64,000 bases of DNA from an uncultured delta proteobacterium (GCA_963850305.1 CAWKKR010000008.1:640001-704000); one strand, 5' to 3'. Counted from the first letter of the stretch, positions 38,543 through 49,192 are shown. Numbers and translations: made by a program. The notes: a model not told the origin generated them from the letters alone.

Positions 38543-40491
38543 AGTCGGTTCTTGGGTGCTCCCGCTTTTCGTCCGAGGCGCTTACCGGCGCCCGGCTTGG
38601 TCTGACGCAAGGCGGGCGTGTTTGCGTGCGGCTTCGGAGGCACTGGTGCCCGGACCTGGCCGTTCACGTGGGGAGCGGGAACCTCGTGCACCCCGCCGTC
38701 GGCGGGTTGGGGCAGGTGTATCTCGAAAGTCGCGCCACGGCTCGTCGAGCGGACGTCCACCGAGCCGCCATGCTCGTCGGCGATCTTCTTTACGATGGCG
38801 AGCCCGAGCCCAGTCCCCCCGGATTTGCCGGCGGTAACGAAGGACTGGAACAGTCGGCCTTCGATCTCCTTGGGGACCCCGGCGCCTGTGTCCGAAACGC
38901 CAATCACGAGCTCGCTTGCGTCGAGGCGAGCCTCCAACGTGAGCCGACCGCCGCGATCGGCCATCGCCTCGATCGCATTTCGAACGAGGTTGTGAATCGC
39001 CCGAGCCACATGCGCCTCGTCGAAACGGGCGACTGCTTTGGAGTCGACGACCATCGAGAGCTCGATCGCCTTACCGTCGAGTTCGTGCGCAACCTGCTGG
39101 CGGATGTCATTGAAGAATTTATGGAGGTACACTTTGCGAACGAAGACGCGTCGCTCACCTCGAGCAAACTCCAGCACTTCGCGCTGCATCGCGGTGAGCA
39201 GATCGAACTGACGTAGGATCTGTGCGGCGTACTCCCTTCGTTGATCGGCATCGTCTACGCCCGCGAGTAGCTGCACGTAGCCGCTGATGACCGTCATCGG
39301 TGTCTTGAAGTCGTGAATAACCTGCGAAAGAAGCCTGCCGATGGCGGTCAGCCGTTCACTGCGTTCGCGCGCGGCACTCGCATGAAAGAGCCGTACCGCG
39401 GTCGAAACGTTCGCCGTCACGAGAGCGAGCAAAGAGACGTCTTGATCGGTGAACGATCGGCCGCCGCGCTTGGTGAAGATCCCGAGGGCACCGAGCGCAC
39501 CGCCGTCGCCCTCCAGGGGAAGGGCCGCGATGGACTCGACGGGAAACGTGAATCGTCCTTCGACGCGTTCGTTCCAATCCGACGCCGGGCGAGTGATCTG
39601 GCCCCGCCTGGGCTCGCGTCCGGTCATCACGCGCGAGAGAAACCCCTCGCCATTCTTGATCCCGAACCGTCCGAGGCTATCGGCAATGTCGGCGTCGTGG
39701 ACGTATTGAACCAGGTCGCCGCTCCCCTCTTCTGCGAGGAGAAGTGACGCCCCGCGTGCCTCGCTCGCTTTGGTGGCAGCACGCAGCGCCGCGAGCGCGA
39801 GCTCGTCGACGGTTGCGGCGCGCGCGGTCGAGCGTTCGAGCTCGAAGAGAAGTTCCAGATCCTTCACCCGGTGTTCGAGCTGCACCTTCGTCTCCAGGAG
39901 CTGGCGATTCTTCTGGATGAGCGACAGGAACAGACGTGAGTTGTCTATCGCAACGGCGGCCTGCATGGACAGCGCCGACAGAATTGCCTCGTCCTCGAAC
40001 GTGAACTCTTCGGCGGTCTTCTTGTTCAACACCTGGATGACGCCGATCGTACGTCCCAGGTGATTCTTCAGTGGCGCGGCCAGCATCGTTGTCGTTCGAA
40101 ATCCGGTGAGCATGTCCCATTCCGGCTCGAACCGCGGATCCCCATAGGCGTCGCGGATCCGGATGGGCTTTCCGGTCTTCGCGACCGTCCCCGCTATGCC
40201 GTGCCCGACCTTGAGACGAATCGAGCGGACATGTTGTCCCACCGCGATCCGGCTGACCAAATCGCCGCTGGCTTCATCGAGAAGATAGAGCGTGGAGCGG
40301 TCCGCCTCGAGGAGATCGGTGAGCCGCCCCAGGATGAGCTCGAGCAAATCGTCGAGATCGAGCGTCGTCCCGAGCGCATTGCCGACTTCCCGAAGGGCGC
40401 GGGCGATTCGTTCCTCTCGCGCCAGCGCGCGTCGGAGCTCGACGAGCGCCCCTGTTTCGGCCTTGGCCGGATCCACGGCGCGGCGCACCAT
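38539..40491 (-). CDS. Cytoplasmic GAF-GAF histidine kinase
   Basis: GAF with GIAG...DPRF...LNKK...F..EDE; IHDFKTPM; NLVRNA; GTGLGL. Confidence 0.92.
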   Translation of the reverse strand: MVRRAVDPAKAETGALVELRRALAREERIARALREVGNALGTTLDLDDLLELILGRLTDLLEADRSTLYLLDEASGDLVSRIAVGQHVRSIRLKVGHGIAGTVAKTGKPIRIRDAYGDPRFEPEWDMLTGFRTTTMLAAPLKNHLGRTIGVIQVLNKKTAEEFTFEDEAILSALSMQAAVAIDNSRLFLSLIQKNRQLLETKVQLEHRVKDLELLFELERSTARAATVDELALAALRAATKASEARGASLLLAEEGSGDLVQYVHDADIADSLGRFGIKNGEGFLSRVMTGREPRRGQITRPASDWNERVEGRFTFPVESIAALPLEGDGGALGALGIFTKRGGRSFTDQDVSLLALVTANVSTAVRLFHASAARERSERLTAIGRLLSQVIHDFKTPMTVISGYVQLLAGVDDADQRREYAAQILRQFDLLTAMQREVLEFARGERRVFVRKVYLHKFFNDIRQQVAHELDGKAIELSMVVDSKAVARFDEAHVARAIHNLVRNAIEAMADRGGRLTLEARLDASELVIGVSDTGAGVPKEIEGRLFQSFVTAGKSGGTGLGLAIVKKIADEHGGSVDVRSTSRGATFEIHLPQPADGGVHEVPAPHVNGQVRAPVPPKPHANTPALRQTKPGAGKRLGRKAGAPKNRL

Positions 40492-40631
40492 CTGCGGATC
40501 GAATCATGGACCCGGCGATGAATCCATTGTCCAGCCGATTCCCCGCGGAATTCTTGCCCAGACCCGACCCCCGTTGCCATCCGTGGGCGACCCGTGTTGC
40601 CCGAGCGGCCGCCCTTGAGTACTAAGTCGAC

Positions 40632-40910
40632 ATGGCCTTGAAGCAGCTGCAGCTGATCATCAGGGGCCGCGTCCAAGGCGTCTACTTTCGCGCGTCTGCC
40701 CAGCGGGAGGCCAAGCGCCTCGGGCTCGGCGGGTGGGTCAAGAATCGCACCGACGGTTATGTCGAGATCCTCGCAGAGGGCGAAGAGGAGGCCATTCGCG
40801 AGCTCTACGGGTGGGCCCAGAAGGGCCCGACCGCGGCGCGGGTCGACCGCGTCGACACGCGATGGCGGAGTTTCACGGGTGACTTCGCGGATTTTCGCAT
40901 CGTGGATTGA
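40632..40910 (+). CDS. acyP: Acylphosphatase
   Basis: GRVQGVYFR, GWVKN, GPTAARV. Confidence 0.95.
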   Translation: MALKQLQLIIRGRVQGVYFRASAQREAKRLGLGGWVKNRTDGYVEILAEGEEEAIRELYGWAQKGPTAARVDRVDTRWRSFTGDFADFRIVD

Positions 40911-40948
40911 TGCGAGTTCGTAATCGGCCCGTGCGCGCGCTCCCGAAC

Positions 40949-42475
40949 ATGGTTCGTCGCACGCTCAACGCCGCGCCGCTCGTCGGCGCGATCATCATGA
41001 CGGGGTGGGCGCGCGCCGTTCCGGAGCGCACCTCCAGCATCGCCCCCGGACCACGGATTTTCGATCCGAGCACCGTGCCGAGCAACGATCCGACCGGTCT
41101 CTCCCTGAACCCCTTGCCGAAACCTCCGTCTCTGGAGGTTCGGGCGCCGACCCCGGCTTCCGTGGAAGCATTGGATGCGCACCTGGCGCAGCTCGTGGGC
41201 CGCGACGCGTCGGAACGTGAAACAGCGGTCGAAGAGATCCTCGAGGTGGAGCCGGACGCGTTCCCAGCGATCCACGAACGTCTGGGGACGCTCGCGGAAT
41301 CCAGTGACCACGCCGGGATGAAGGACGTGCTCGCTTCCATTCGAGACAGGACCCGCCAAGAAAGCGGCAAGAACGCTCCCGCGCCGGATCATCTAGAAAT
41401 GCTCGAGTCTCACGCGCGGCCAGACTCCAAGAATTGGCAAGAACTGGTTCGCCTCCTGGCGATGAGTCGCATGCTCCAGCAGATCGGGACCGTCCCGGCG
41501 GCGCGTGAGATCATCGGCATCTACGCGCGTTTCGGGGATTTCATGCGCATCGACGCGCAGATCGAGCTCGAGAAACTTGGCGACCGCGCCGTGGCCGCGC
41601 TGATCGAAGCGGAACGGCATCCCGCGCCGAAGATCGCGCGGTGGGCCACGCGGCAACTCGACACGCTGGGCAAGGCGATCCCGAGCGAAGCAATCCAGAC
41701 GAACGACCCAGAGGTTCTCGCCGACATCCTCCGTGCCTACGGCCGCGCGCGCAACCCCGATGCCGCAAGGCTCGTGATCTCGTTCGCCAACAGCGAAAGG
41801 GCGCAGGTTCGCGATGCCGCGCGCGAAGCGGTGGTGCTCATGGGAGAGGTCGCGAACTGGCAGCTCCGCGACACGTACGAGAACGTCGTCGGGAAGAAGC
41901 CACCGCGGGAGTGGTCGTGGGACCGCTCGGCCCGTGAGCTGTTCGCACAATACGATCGGCTGAGGCTCTCTCAGGTCAACGTGCTGTTCGCACAGGGACT
42001 CGCCGCGGAGCGGGCCGGCAAACTCAACCAGATGGTGGACGCCTACGATGCAGTACTCGCTCAGACTCCGATGTTCGAGCGGTCGACAGAGATGATCCCC
42101 GGCTACATTGCGTATGCGAAGATGCACATCGACGAGGCGCCCGACGAGGCGGCGCAAGCACTCCGTCGCGTTACACGACTGTCCGCCGATGGCCCCGAGG
42201 GAAAGCCGGCGCAGAGTCTACTCTTGACACTCGATGCTGAGCGACTGCTGGCGCGTCACGTCGCGGATGAGGTGCTGGTCCGGCGCGCGCTCGAACTCGA
42301 TCCGACCAACGCGCGAGCGCGACGCTTGCTCGAGCAGATGAGTCACGGGGACACCGAGGTGCAGGGACGCGCACGCCGTTACGTTGCGGCGAGCGTCATC
42401 CTCGTCCTCGCCCTCACGGCGCTCGCGTTCATCTTGTTCCGGCGACGACCCGTGTCCGCCGAGTCGTCACCTTGA
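40949..42475 (+). CDS. HEAT/TPR-like helical protein with C-terminal TM anchor
   Basis: HEAT-like repeats, RALELDPTN, terminal TM followed by RRR. Start uncertain (40907 or 40949). Confidence 0.65.
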   Translation: MVRRTLNAAPLVGAIIMTGWARAVPERTSSIAPGPRIFDPSTVPSNDPTGLSLNPLPKPPSLEVRAPTPASVEALDAHLAQLVGRDASERETAVEEILEVEPDAFPAIHERLGTLAESSDHAGMKDVLASIRDRTRQESGKNAPAPDHLEMLESHARPDSKNWQELVRLLAMSRMLQQIGTVPAAREIIGIYARFGDFMRIDAQIELEKLGDRAVAALIEAERHPAPKIARWATRQLDTLGKAIPSEAIQTNDPEVLADILRAYGRARNPDAARLVISFANSERAQVRDAAREAVVLMGEVANWQLRDTYENVVGKKPPREWSWDRSARELFAQYDRLRLSQVNVLFAQGLAAERAGKLNQMVDAYDAVLAQTPMFERSTEMIPGYIAYAKMHIDEAPDEAAQALRRVTRLSADGPEGKPAQSLLLTLDAERLLARHVADEVLVRRALELDPTNARARRLLEQMSHGDTEVQGRARRYVAASVILVLALTALAFILFRRRPVSAESSP

Positions 42476-42681
42476 GGGCCGGGCCCTGAGGGCAACGCGG
42501 CGCCGCGCGGGGCCCCGTGCTCGCGAACGCACGGACGGCGATCACGCTGCGGTCGCCGGCGGCGAGGCGAACGCCGACGACGGTGCGAACGACGTGCCTG
42601 ACGTCGCACCCACAAAAGAAGAACGATTCCTTCCGGATTCGGTGCCGATTGACGGCGCTACGAGCGCGGCGACCCGCTCGT

Positions 42682-43152
42682 TCAGCTCTCGGCTGACTCT
42701 TCGGCAGCGGCGGGCAAGAACTCGATCACGCACATCGGCGCATTGTCGCCGCGGCGCGGCCCGAGCTTCACGATGCGGGTGTAGCCTCCGGCGCGGCCCT
42801 GAAACCGTTTGGCGAGATCCACGAACACCTTTTCGACGAGATCGACCTTGCGGCTCTGCTCGCCGTCGTCAGCAACGCCGAAGCGTTGCAGAAAGCGGCC
42901 GACCTGGCGCGACGCGGCGAGCCGGCGTGCCCTGTCCGCGGGGCTCAGCTTCTCGCCAGGTGTGAAGGCCACGTCGCCGAGCCGGATTGCCTGGCTGAGG
43001 AGCCTTTCCGCGACGCGCCGCAGTTCCTTCGCCTTCGCGTCAGTGGTCTCGATGCGCTCGTGCAGGACGAGGTTCGCCGTCAGCGCACGGAACATCGCGC
43101 GTCTGTGGCTCGTGTTGCGGCCGAACTGACGGCCTTGTTTCTTGTGTCGCAT
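42682..43152 (-). CDS. rplQ: 50S ribosomal protein L17
   Basis: MRHKK...ETTDAKAKE...GGYTRI...RRGDNA. Confidence 0.97.
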   Translation of the reverse strand: MRHKKQGRQFGRNTSHRRAMFRALTANLVLHERIETTDAKAKELRRVAERLLSQAIRLGDVAFTPGEKLSPADRARRLAASRQVGRFLQRFGVADDGEQSRKVDLVEKVFVDLAKRFQGRAGGYTRIVKLGPRRGDNAPMCVIEFLPAAAEESAES

Positions 43153-43185
43153 ATGACCTCTCCTTTGCGAGCGCTCGAACCGGTC

Positions 43186-44212
43186 TCAGCCCGCGGCCTG
43201 TTGAGCCTTCCAGCGATCGACCATCTGCGGCCAGCTGTCGAGCTTCATGCCAAGGCTCAGGCCCATCGTGGACAGGATCTCTTTTGATTTCCTTCAGCGA
43301 CTTCCTACCGAAGTTTTTCGTCTTCAGCATGTCCTGCTCCGTCCGCTGAACGAGCTCGCCGATGAGCGTGATATTCGCGTTCTGAAGGCAATTTGCGGAA
43401 CGAACGGAGAGCTCGAGTTCGTCCACTGACCGGAAAAGGTTCTCGTTGAGCGGCTCGTCATCGGAACCGGGAAGGGAGTACGTCGCTTCCTCGGTCTCTT
43501 CGAAATTGATCCAGATGGAGAGCTGCTCCTTCAGGATCTTCGCGGCGAACGCCACGGCGTCCGCGGGCGTCACAGCACCATTCGTCCAGACCTCGAGCAC
43601 GAGCTTGTCGTAGTCGGTGATCTGCCCGACGCGCGCGTTCTGCACGGTGTAGTTCACCTTTCGAATCGGCGAAAAAAGCGCGTCGATGGGGATAGTACCG
43701 AGCGGCATCGTGGGGCTCTTGTTCCGCTCCGCGGAAACGTAGCCGCGGCCGACACCGACGCTGAGCTCCATCGAGAGCGGGCCTTTCTTGTCGAGAGTCG
43801 CCACCTGGTGCGTCGGGTTCAGGATCGTGAGCCCGTCCACGAGCTGGATGTCGCTTGCGAGCACGGGGCCCGGTCCTTCCTTCTGAAGACGTAGTGTGTA
43901 CTGGCGCGGGTGCTGAGCACGGAATACGACCTCCTTCAGGTTGAGGATGATGTCCGTGACGTCCTCGACGACGTCGTCGATGCTCGTGAACTCGTGCAAG
44001 GCTCCGTCGAGCCGAACCGCCATGATGGCGGCGCCCTGAAGCGACGAAAGCAGCACGCGGCGGAGCGAGTTGCCGATCGTGATGCCATAACCCCGCTCGA
44101 GGGGCTCGCACGTGAACTTGCCGTAGAATTCGTTCCCGCTGTCCTGCTCGATCTGAATCGCTTTTGGACGGATCAGATCGCGCCAGTTGCGGCTCACCAT
44201 TGCATTGACCAT
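43186..44212 (-). CDS. rpoA: RNA polymerase alpha subunit; frameshift at 43282-43285
   Basis: [39 protein letters not shown]. Removing one A gives [15 protein letters not shown]...AAG* with stop at 43186. Confidence 0.97.
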
Positions 44213-44304
44213 GTGCTCGTCTCCTTCATTGCCTCAGGGTTTGCGCGACCGTCCCGAGCCGCCGAGGAAACCTGCTTCCTCGACAACTCCGCGGTCTGCC
44301 CGCT

Positions 44305-44370
44305 CGCATGAGTCGCTTGCTTCGAGCACACGCCAATCTAGGCATGCAGTCTTCGCCATCGCCTCATGCG
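44305..44370. repeat. Hairpin element related to 47058-47186
   Basis: Stem CGCATGAG/CTCATGCG. Shares a 17-nt exact segment and a 12/13-nt segment with the secY-adk element, in inverted orientation. Confidence 0.65.
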
Positions 44371-44416
44371 CATCACTTCGCTCGACTACAAATCCAAAAT
44401 TACCTTCGAGAAAAAA

Positions 44417-45046
44417 TCAGCGAGAATAGTACTCGACCACCAGTTGCTCCCGCATCGACGGCTCGTTGAGTTCATCGCGGGGCGGCATGCTCTTGAGGGT
44501 TCCCGCGAAATTCGCCCGATCGACCTCGACCCACGAGGGAACCTGGCGGCCTTGCGCCGCGGTGAGCGCCGCCGCGACGTACGCGATCTTCCGGCTCTTC
44601 TCGCGGATCTCGATCTTGTCGGAGTCGCCCACGCGGTAGCTCGGGATGTTCACTCGCTTGCCATTCACGAGAATGTGGTTGTGGCGCACCAGCTGCCGCC
44701 CCTGCGCGCGCGTGCCGGCAAGCCCCATTCGGTAGACGACGTTGTCGAGGCGCCGTTCGAGGAGACCGATCATCTCATCGCCGGTTCGGCCCTTCATGCC
44801 AGATGCCTGGTGGTAGTAGAGCCGGAACTGACGCTCCAGCAGGCCGTAAATCCGGCGCATCTTCTGCTTCTCCCGAAGTCGAAGGCCATACTCGGACAAT
44901 TTGAAGCGACCCTGCCCGTGTTGACCAGGCGGGTACGGTCGGCGTGTGACGGCGCACTTCTCCGAGAAGCAACGTTCGCCCTTCAGATAGAGCTTACCGC
45001 CTTCTCGACGGCAGAGTTTGCAAACTGGACCAAGGTACCGTGCCAT
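44417..45046 (-). CDS. rpsD: 30S ribosomal protein S4 (Zn-binding form)
   Basis: CKLCRREG...[22 protein letters not shown]. Confidence 0.99.
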   Translation of the reverse strand: MARYLGPVCKLCRREGGKLYLKGERCFSEKCAVTRRPYPPGQHGQGRFKLSEYGLRLREKQKMRRIYGLLERQFRLYYHQASGMKGRTGDEMIGLLERRLDNVVYRMGLAGTRAQGRQLVRHNHILVNGKRVNIPSYRVGDSDKIEIREKSRKIAYVAAALTAAQGRQVPSWVEVDRANFAGTLKSMPPRDELNEPSMREQLVVEYYSR

Positions 45047-45058
45047 GTGGTTTCTTTC

Positions 45059-45484
<426 letters not shown>

Positions 45485-45490
45485 GGGACG

Positions 45491-45859
45491 TTATTTCTTC
45501 CGTGAAACGAGGCCGCGACGGGGCCCCTTGCGCGTGCGCGCGTTGGTGTGAGTGCGCTGCCCGTGCACCGGGAGCCCCTTGCGGTGACGAAGCCCGCGGT
45601 AGCAGCCGAGGTCCATCAACCGCTTGATGTTCTGCTGAATCTCGCGTCGCAGATCGCCCTCGACCTTGTAGCCACCTTCGATGATGTCACGGATCGCTTT
45701 GACGTCGGACTCCGTGAGCTCGTCCACCTTGCGGTTCTCGGGGATCCTCGCCTTCTGGCAGATGAGCCGCGCCGTCGCTGGACCAATTCCGTAGATGTAC
45801 GGAAGCGCGTAGGCGACGGCTTTGCGTCGCGGCAGGTCTACTCCGGAAATGCGTGCCAT
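45491..45859 (-). CDS. rpsM: 30S ribosomal protein S13
   Basis: [27 protein letters not shown]. Confidence 0.99.
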   Translation of the reverse strand: MARISGVDLPRRKAVAYALPYIYGIGPATARLICQKARIPENRKVDELTESDVKAIRDIIEGGYKVEGDLRREIQQNIKRLMDLGCYRGLRHRKGLPVHGQRTHTNARTRKGPRRGLVSRKK

Positions 45860-45869
45860 TCTTGGACTC

Positions 45870-45983
45870 CTAACCCTGCCGCTGCTTGTGACGGGGGTTT
45901 TCGCAAATCACCCGAACCACGCCGCGGCGGCGAATGACTTTGCACTTCTCGCAGATCTTCTTGACGCTCGGTCGAACTTTCAT
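45870..45983 (-). CDS. rpmJ: 50S ribosomal protein L36 (Zn form)
   Basis: Hand translation: [37 protein letters not shown]. Confidence 0.97.
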   Translation of the reverse strand: MKVRPSVKKICEKCKVIRRRGVVRVICENPRHKQRQG

Positions 45984-45996
45984 GACGAATTTTCCG

Positions 45997-46206
45997 CTAC
46001 AACTTCTTGGTGATCTGTCCTCGGGTCGGGTCGTTTCGGAGGGTTCGGACGAGAACCTTGTCTCCCTCGAGCAGTCTCACGATGCCGTGACGCGACTTGG
46101 TGTCGACTCCGGCTCTGAGAACGCGACCATCGGCGAGACGGACGCGATACATCGACTTCGGCAGGACCGCATCGATGACTCCGGGTGATTCTGGTGTGTT
46201 GCTCGT
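45997..46206 (-). CDS. infA: Divergent translation initiation factor IF-1 homolog, apparent ACG start
   Basis: Hand translation: [69 protein letters not shown]. It sits in the canonical adk-infA-rpmJ position, and the SD GAGGAG lies 5 nt before ACG. Confidence 0.75.
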   Translation of the reverse strand, partial: TSNTPESPGVIDAVLPKSMYRVRLADGRVLRAGVDTKSRHGIVRLLEGDKVLVRTLRNDPTRGQITKKL

Positions 46207-46224
46207 CGCTTCTCCTCGTTGGTT

Positions 46225-46848
46225 CTACTTGGCCAGCGCCGCCATCACGCGGCTTGTGACTTCTCGTGGAGTGCCGGTTCCATCGATCCGACGAAGGAGC
46301 CCTGCCGCCTGGTAATGCGGGAGAAGCGCCGCCGTCATCGCCTCGTATTGATCGAGGCGAATGTTCACCTTGTCCTCGCAGTCGTCATTTCGGTGTTCCA
46401 AGACGGCGTCCGCGGGCGGCGGATTGTACTTTAGGTGGTAGATCTGTCCAGTCCGAACGTCGGTCCGACGAAGGGTTGCGCGCTCCACGAGGAGCGAACG
46501 AGGCACGTCGATCTGCACGACGTGGTCGAGCCGTGCGCCCAGCTCCGTGAGCGCGTGATCGAGCGCGTCCGCTTGGGGCACGGTCCGTGGAAATCCATCG
46601 AGAATGAACCCCTGCTGCGCATCCGGTTCCCGGAGCCTCTCCCCGACGAGACCAATGACGACGTTGTCCGGCACCAGTTTTCCCGCTGACATGAACTGAT
46701 CCGCGGCTTTGCCGAGATCGGTTCCTGCTATTCGCGCCGAGCGAAGCATGTCCCCGGTCGAGATGTGAGGGACTCCCAGCCGGTCGACCAGCACCTTCGC
46801 CTGCGTCCCCTTCCCGCTCGCCGGCGGCCCCACCAAAACGATCCTCAT
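46225..46848 (-). CDS. adk: Adenylate kinase
   Basis: GPPASGKGTQ, STGDMLR, LDGFPRT; Cys-free LID. Confidence 0.97.
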   Translation of the reverse strand: MRIVLVGPPASGKGTQAKVLVDRLGVPHISTGDMLRSARIAGTDLGKAADQFMSAGKLVPDNVVIGLVGERLREPDAQQGFILDGFPRTVPQADALDHALTELGARLDHVVQIDVPRSLLVERATLRRTDVRTGQIYHLKYNPPPADAVLEHRNDDCEDKVNIRLDQYEAMTAALLPHYQAAGLLRRIDGTGTPREVTSRVMAALAK

Positions 46849-47057
46849 GGCGCCCAGCCCGGCACTGAACGGATGCAGGGACCAAAGGGGGGCCTTGCCT
46901 CCCGCGGCTCGCTTCGCGACCGCTCCCCCCGCCGCCTTCGGCGGGCTCGCTCCGCTCGCGTAGTTCCGCACCTCTTTGATCCCTCGGTGACGACGTGCAT
47001 CGTCGATGCGGGACTACTCACGTCCCGGTGCGATGCGAAGCGAGCCCCCGCACGACG

Positions 47058-47186
47058 ATGAGCGTGGCTCGATTGCGAAGACCGCGGGTGTGGCTGGGCG
47101 GGTAAGGCCCGGAGCCGTGCGCAGGCACGGCGAGGACCGAGAGCGCCCAGACGCGCCCGTGCTCGAAGCAAGCGAGCCATGCTCAT
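47058..47186. repeat. About 130-nt imperfect hairpin (REP/MITE-like) overlapping the secY stop
   Basis: Ends ATGAGCGTGGCTCG / CGAGCCATGCTCAT; inner stems CTGGGCG/CGCCCAG and GCCGTGC-GCAG-GCACGGC. Confidence 0.7.
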
Positions 47187-48511
47187 GGCCGACGCCCGCT
47201 GAGGCGTGTGGTCTGCGGCCCAGTCAGTCCCTCGTAGCTGCGCGTGATGAGGTGGGCCTCGATCTGATTCGTCGTCTCAAGCGCCACGCCGACGATGATG
47301 ATGAGGCTCGTTCCGCCAAATTGAAACGGCACATGAAAACCTTGGCTAACGAGGCTCGGGATGATGCAAATTGCCGCGAGGTATGTCGATCCTCCGACCG
47401 TGATACGCGTCACGACCCGTTCGATGTATTCGGCAGTCTGCCGACCCGGTCGAATACCGGGGATGTTCGCTTGTTGCTTCTTCAGGTTGTCCGCGACGTC
47501 GACGGGATTGAACGTGACGGCCGTGTAGAAGAACGAGAAGAAGATGATGAGTGCCGCGAAAAGGACGTTGAAAGCCCAGTCTCCACGGCTCACGAGCGAA
47601 CTGAATGCCGACATCCCTGGCAGATTGAAGTTCGCGAGCGTCGCAGGGAACGCAAGCAAGCTCGACGCGAAGATAGGCGGGATCATGCTCGCCATGTTCA
47701 CCTTGAGCGGGAGATGCGCCGTCTGCCCGCCATACACGCGGCGGCCGAGCTGACGCCTGGCATACTGAATCGGAATCTGTCGCTGGGCGCGCTCGAAGAA
47801 GACCACGATGGCCACGCAAGCGAGCAAGATCGAGAGAAGCAGGAAGATGGTGAGAGGCTGTATATCGCCGGCATTCGCCGAAAAATAATTCGCGACACCA
47901 CCCGGAATGCCGCTGACGATGCTCGCTAGGATGATCATCGACGTCCCGTTGCCGATGCCGCGGTCCGTCGCTTGCTCACCGAGCCACATGAGGAGCGCGT
48001 GGCCCGTCGTGAGCGTGAGAATGGTGAGGAGCCGAAAAGACCAGCCCGGATTACCGACGACATCGGCAAAGCGTCCTCCACCGACGTCCTGATCGTTCAA
48101 TCCCTCGAGCCACATCGCGACGCCGAACGACTGGAAGATGCTGAGCGCAACGGCAGCGTACCGCGTCCATTGCTCGAGCTTCCGGCGACCCGTCTCACCC
48201 TCCTTGCGGAGTTCCTCGACCTGCTTCGACACGAGGCCGAGGAGTTGGAAAATGATGCTCGCCGAAACGTACGGCATGATGCCCAGAGCGAAGATCGAGA
48301 GATTCGCGACGGCCCCACCGGAGAACAAGTTGAAGAGGCCAAGCAGACCACTCTGCCCGCGAACGACCGCTCTCATCACGGTTCGATCGACGCCCGGGGT
48401 CGTGATGAAGACGCCGACCCGGTAAATGGCCAGCATCATCAAGGTGAACCCGATGCGCCGACGCAGTTCGGGTACCTTGGTGATGTTGGAAAAACCGCCG
48501 ACTACGGCCAT
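47183..48511 (-). CDS. secY: Preprotein translocase SecY
   Basis: SIFALGIMPY, GIGNGTS, IPPIFA, IPGIRPG, GGTSLII. Confidence 0.99.
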   Translation of the reverse strand: MAVVGGFSNITKVPELRRRIGFTLMMLAIYRVGVFITTPGVDRTVMRAVVRGQSGLLGLFNLFSGGAVANLSIFALGIMPYVSASIIFQLLGLVSKQVEELRKEGETGRRKLEQWTRYAAVALSIFQSFGVAMWLEGLNDQDVGGGRFADVVGNPGWSFRLLTILTLTTGHALLMWLGEQATDRGIGNGTSMIILASIVSGIPGGVANYFSANAGDIQPLTIFLLLSILLACVAIVVFFERAQRQIPIQYARRQLGRRVYGGQTAHLPLKVNMASMIPPIFASSLLAFPATLANFNLPGMSAFSSLVSRGDWAFNVLFAALIIFFSFFYTAVTFNPVDVADNLKKQQANIPGIRPGRQTAEYIERVVTRITVGGSTYLAAICIIPSLVSQGFHVPFQFGGTSLIIIVGVALETTNQIEAHLITRSYEGLTGPQTTRLSGRRP

Positions 48512-48527
48512 GTGCGGCCTTCGGCGC

Positions 48528-49010
48528 TCAGACCGCTTCGCCCGCGGAGGCGTTCGCCTCGGCGATCACGACGGCCTTGCCCTTCGCGCGTTCGATCTTC
48601 TGCGCCGCCTTCGCGCTGAATCCATGTGCGTGAACGACGAGTTGCTTCGTGAGCTCGCCGGTCGCGAGAACCTTGATCCGGACGTCCTTGCCCTGGACGA
48701 GGCGGGCCGCGCGGAGCGCCGTTTCATCGACGGTCGCGCCGTCCGGAAATCGCTCCAGCTGACCCACGTTCAGAATCGCGGTTTCCACGGGGAACGGCTG
48801 ACGGAACCCGCGCTTGGCGACGCGGCGCTGCATCGGCGTCTGGCCACCCTGGAAGTGCGTCTTGTGAAAATTACCCGGCTTACGAGCCTTCTGCCCCTTC
48901 ATGCCCTTGCCGCTCGTTTTGCCGACGCCCGTCCCCGGACCGCGGCCGAGCCTTCGCACGTTGTGACGCGCGCCCGGCGGCGGCGCGAGGCGAGAAAGAA
49001 TGTCGCTCAT
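48528..49010 (-). CDS. rplO: 50S ribosomal protein L15
   Basis: GRGPGTG.GKTSGKG.KGQKAR, FQGGQTP. Confidence 0.97.
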   Translation of the reverse strand: MSDILSRLAPPPGARHNVRRLGRGPGTGVGKTSGKGMKGQKARKPGNFHKTHFQGGQTPMQRRVAKRGFRQPFPVETAILNVGQLERFPDGATVDETALRAARLVQGKDVRIKVLATGELTKQLVVHAHGFSAKAAQKIERAKGKAVVIAEANASAGEAV

Positions 49011-49192
49011 GTTCGATCCTCGCGGATGTCCACCAAGTGGAGAACCTTCTTGATCATGCCGCGAAACGACGGCGTGTTGTCCACCACGACGCTCGAGCCC
49101 AAACCGCGTAGCCCGAGCCCGCGGAGGATCTTGCGTTGCATCTCCGGGCGACCGATGACGCTGACACGCTGCGAGACCTTGATCTTCGTCAC
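49007..49192 (-). CDS. rpmD: 50S ribosomal protein L30
   Basis: LRGLGL...[17 protein letters not shown]. Confidence 0.95.
   Translation of the reverse strand: MTKIKVSQRVSVIGRPEMQRKILRGLGLRGLGSSVVVDNTPSFRGMIKKVLHLVDIREDRT

Noticed and set aside
42629..42636. SRP RNA core (CCGGAAGG on the minus strand)
   Set aside because: The flanking conserved CAGG and AGCAG elements are absent.
43040..43285. Extended RpoA C-terminus or programmed frameshift overlapping rplQ
   Set aside because: Deleting one A restores a canonical alpha-CTD end, and other similar indels in the window point to sequencing error.
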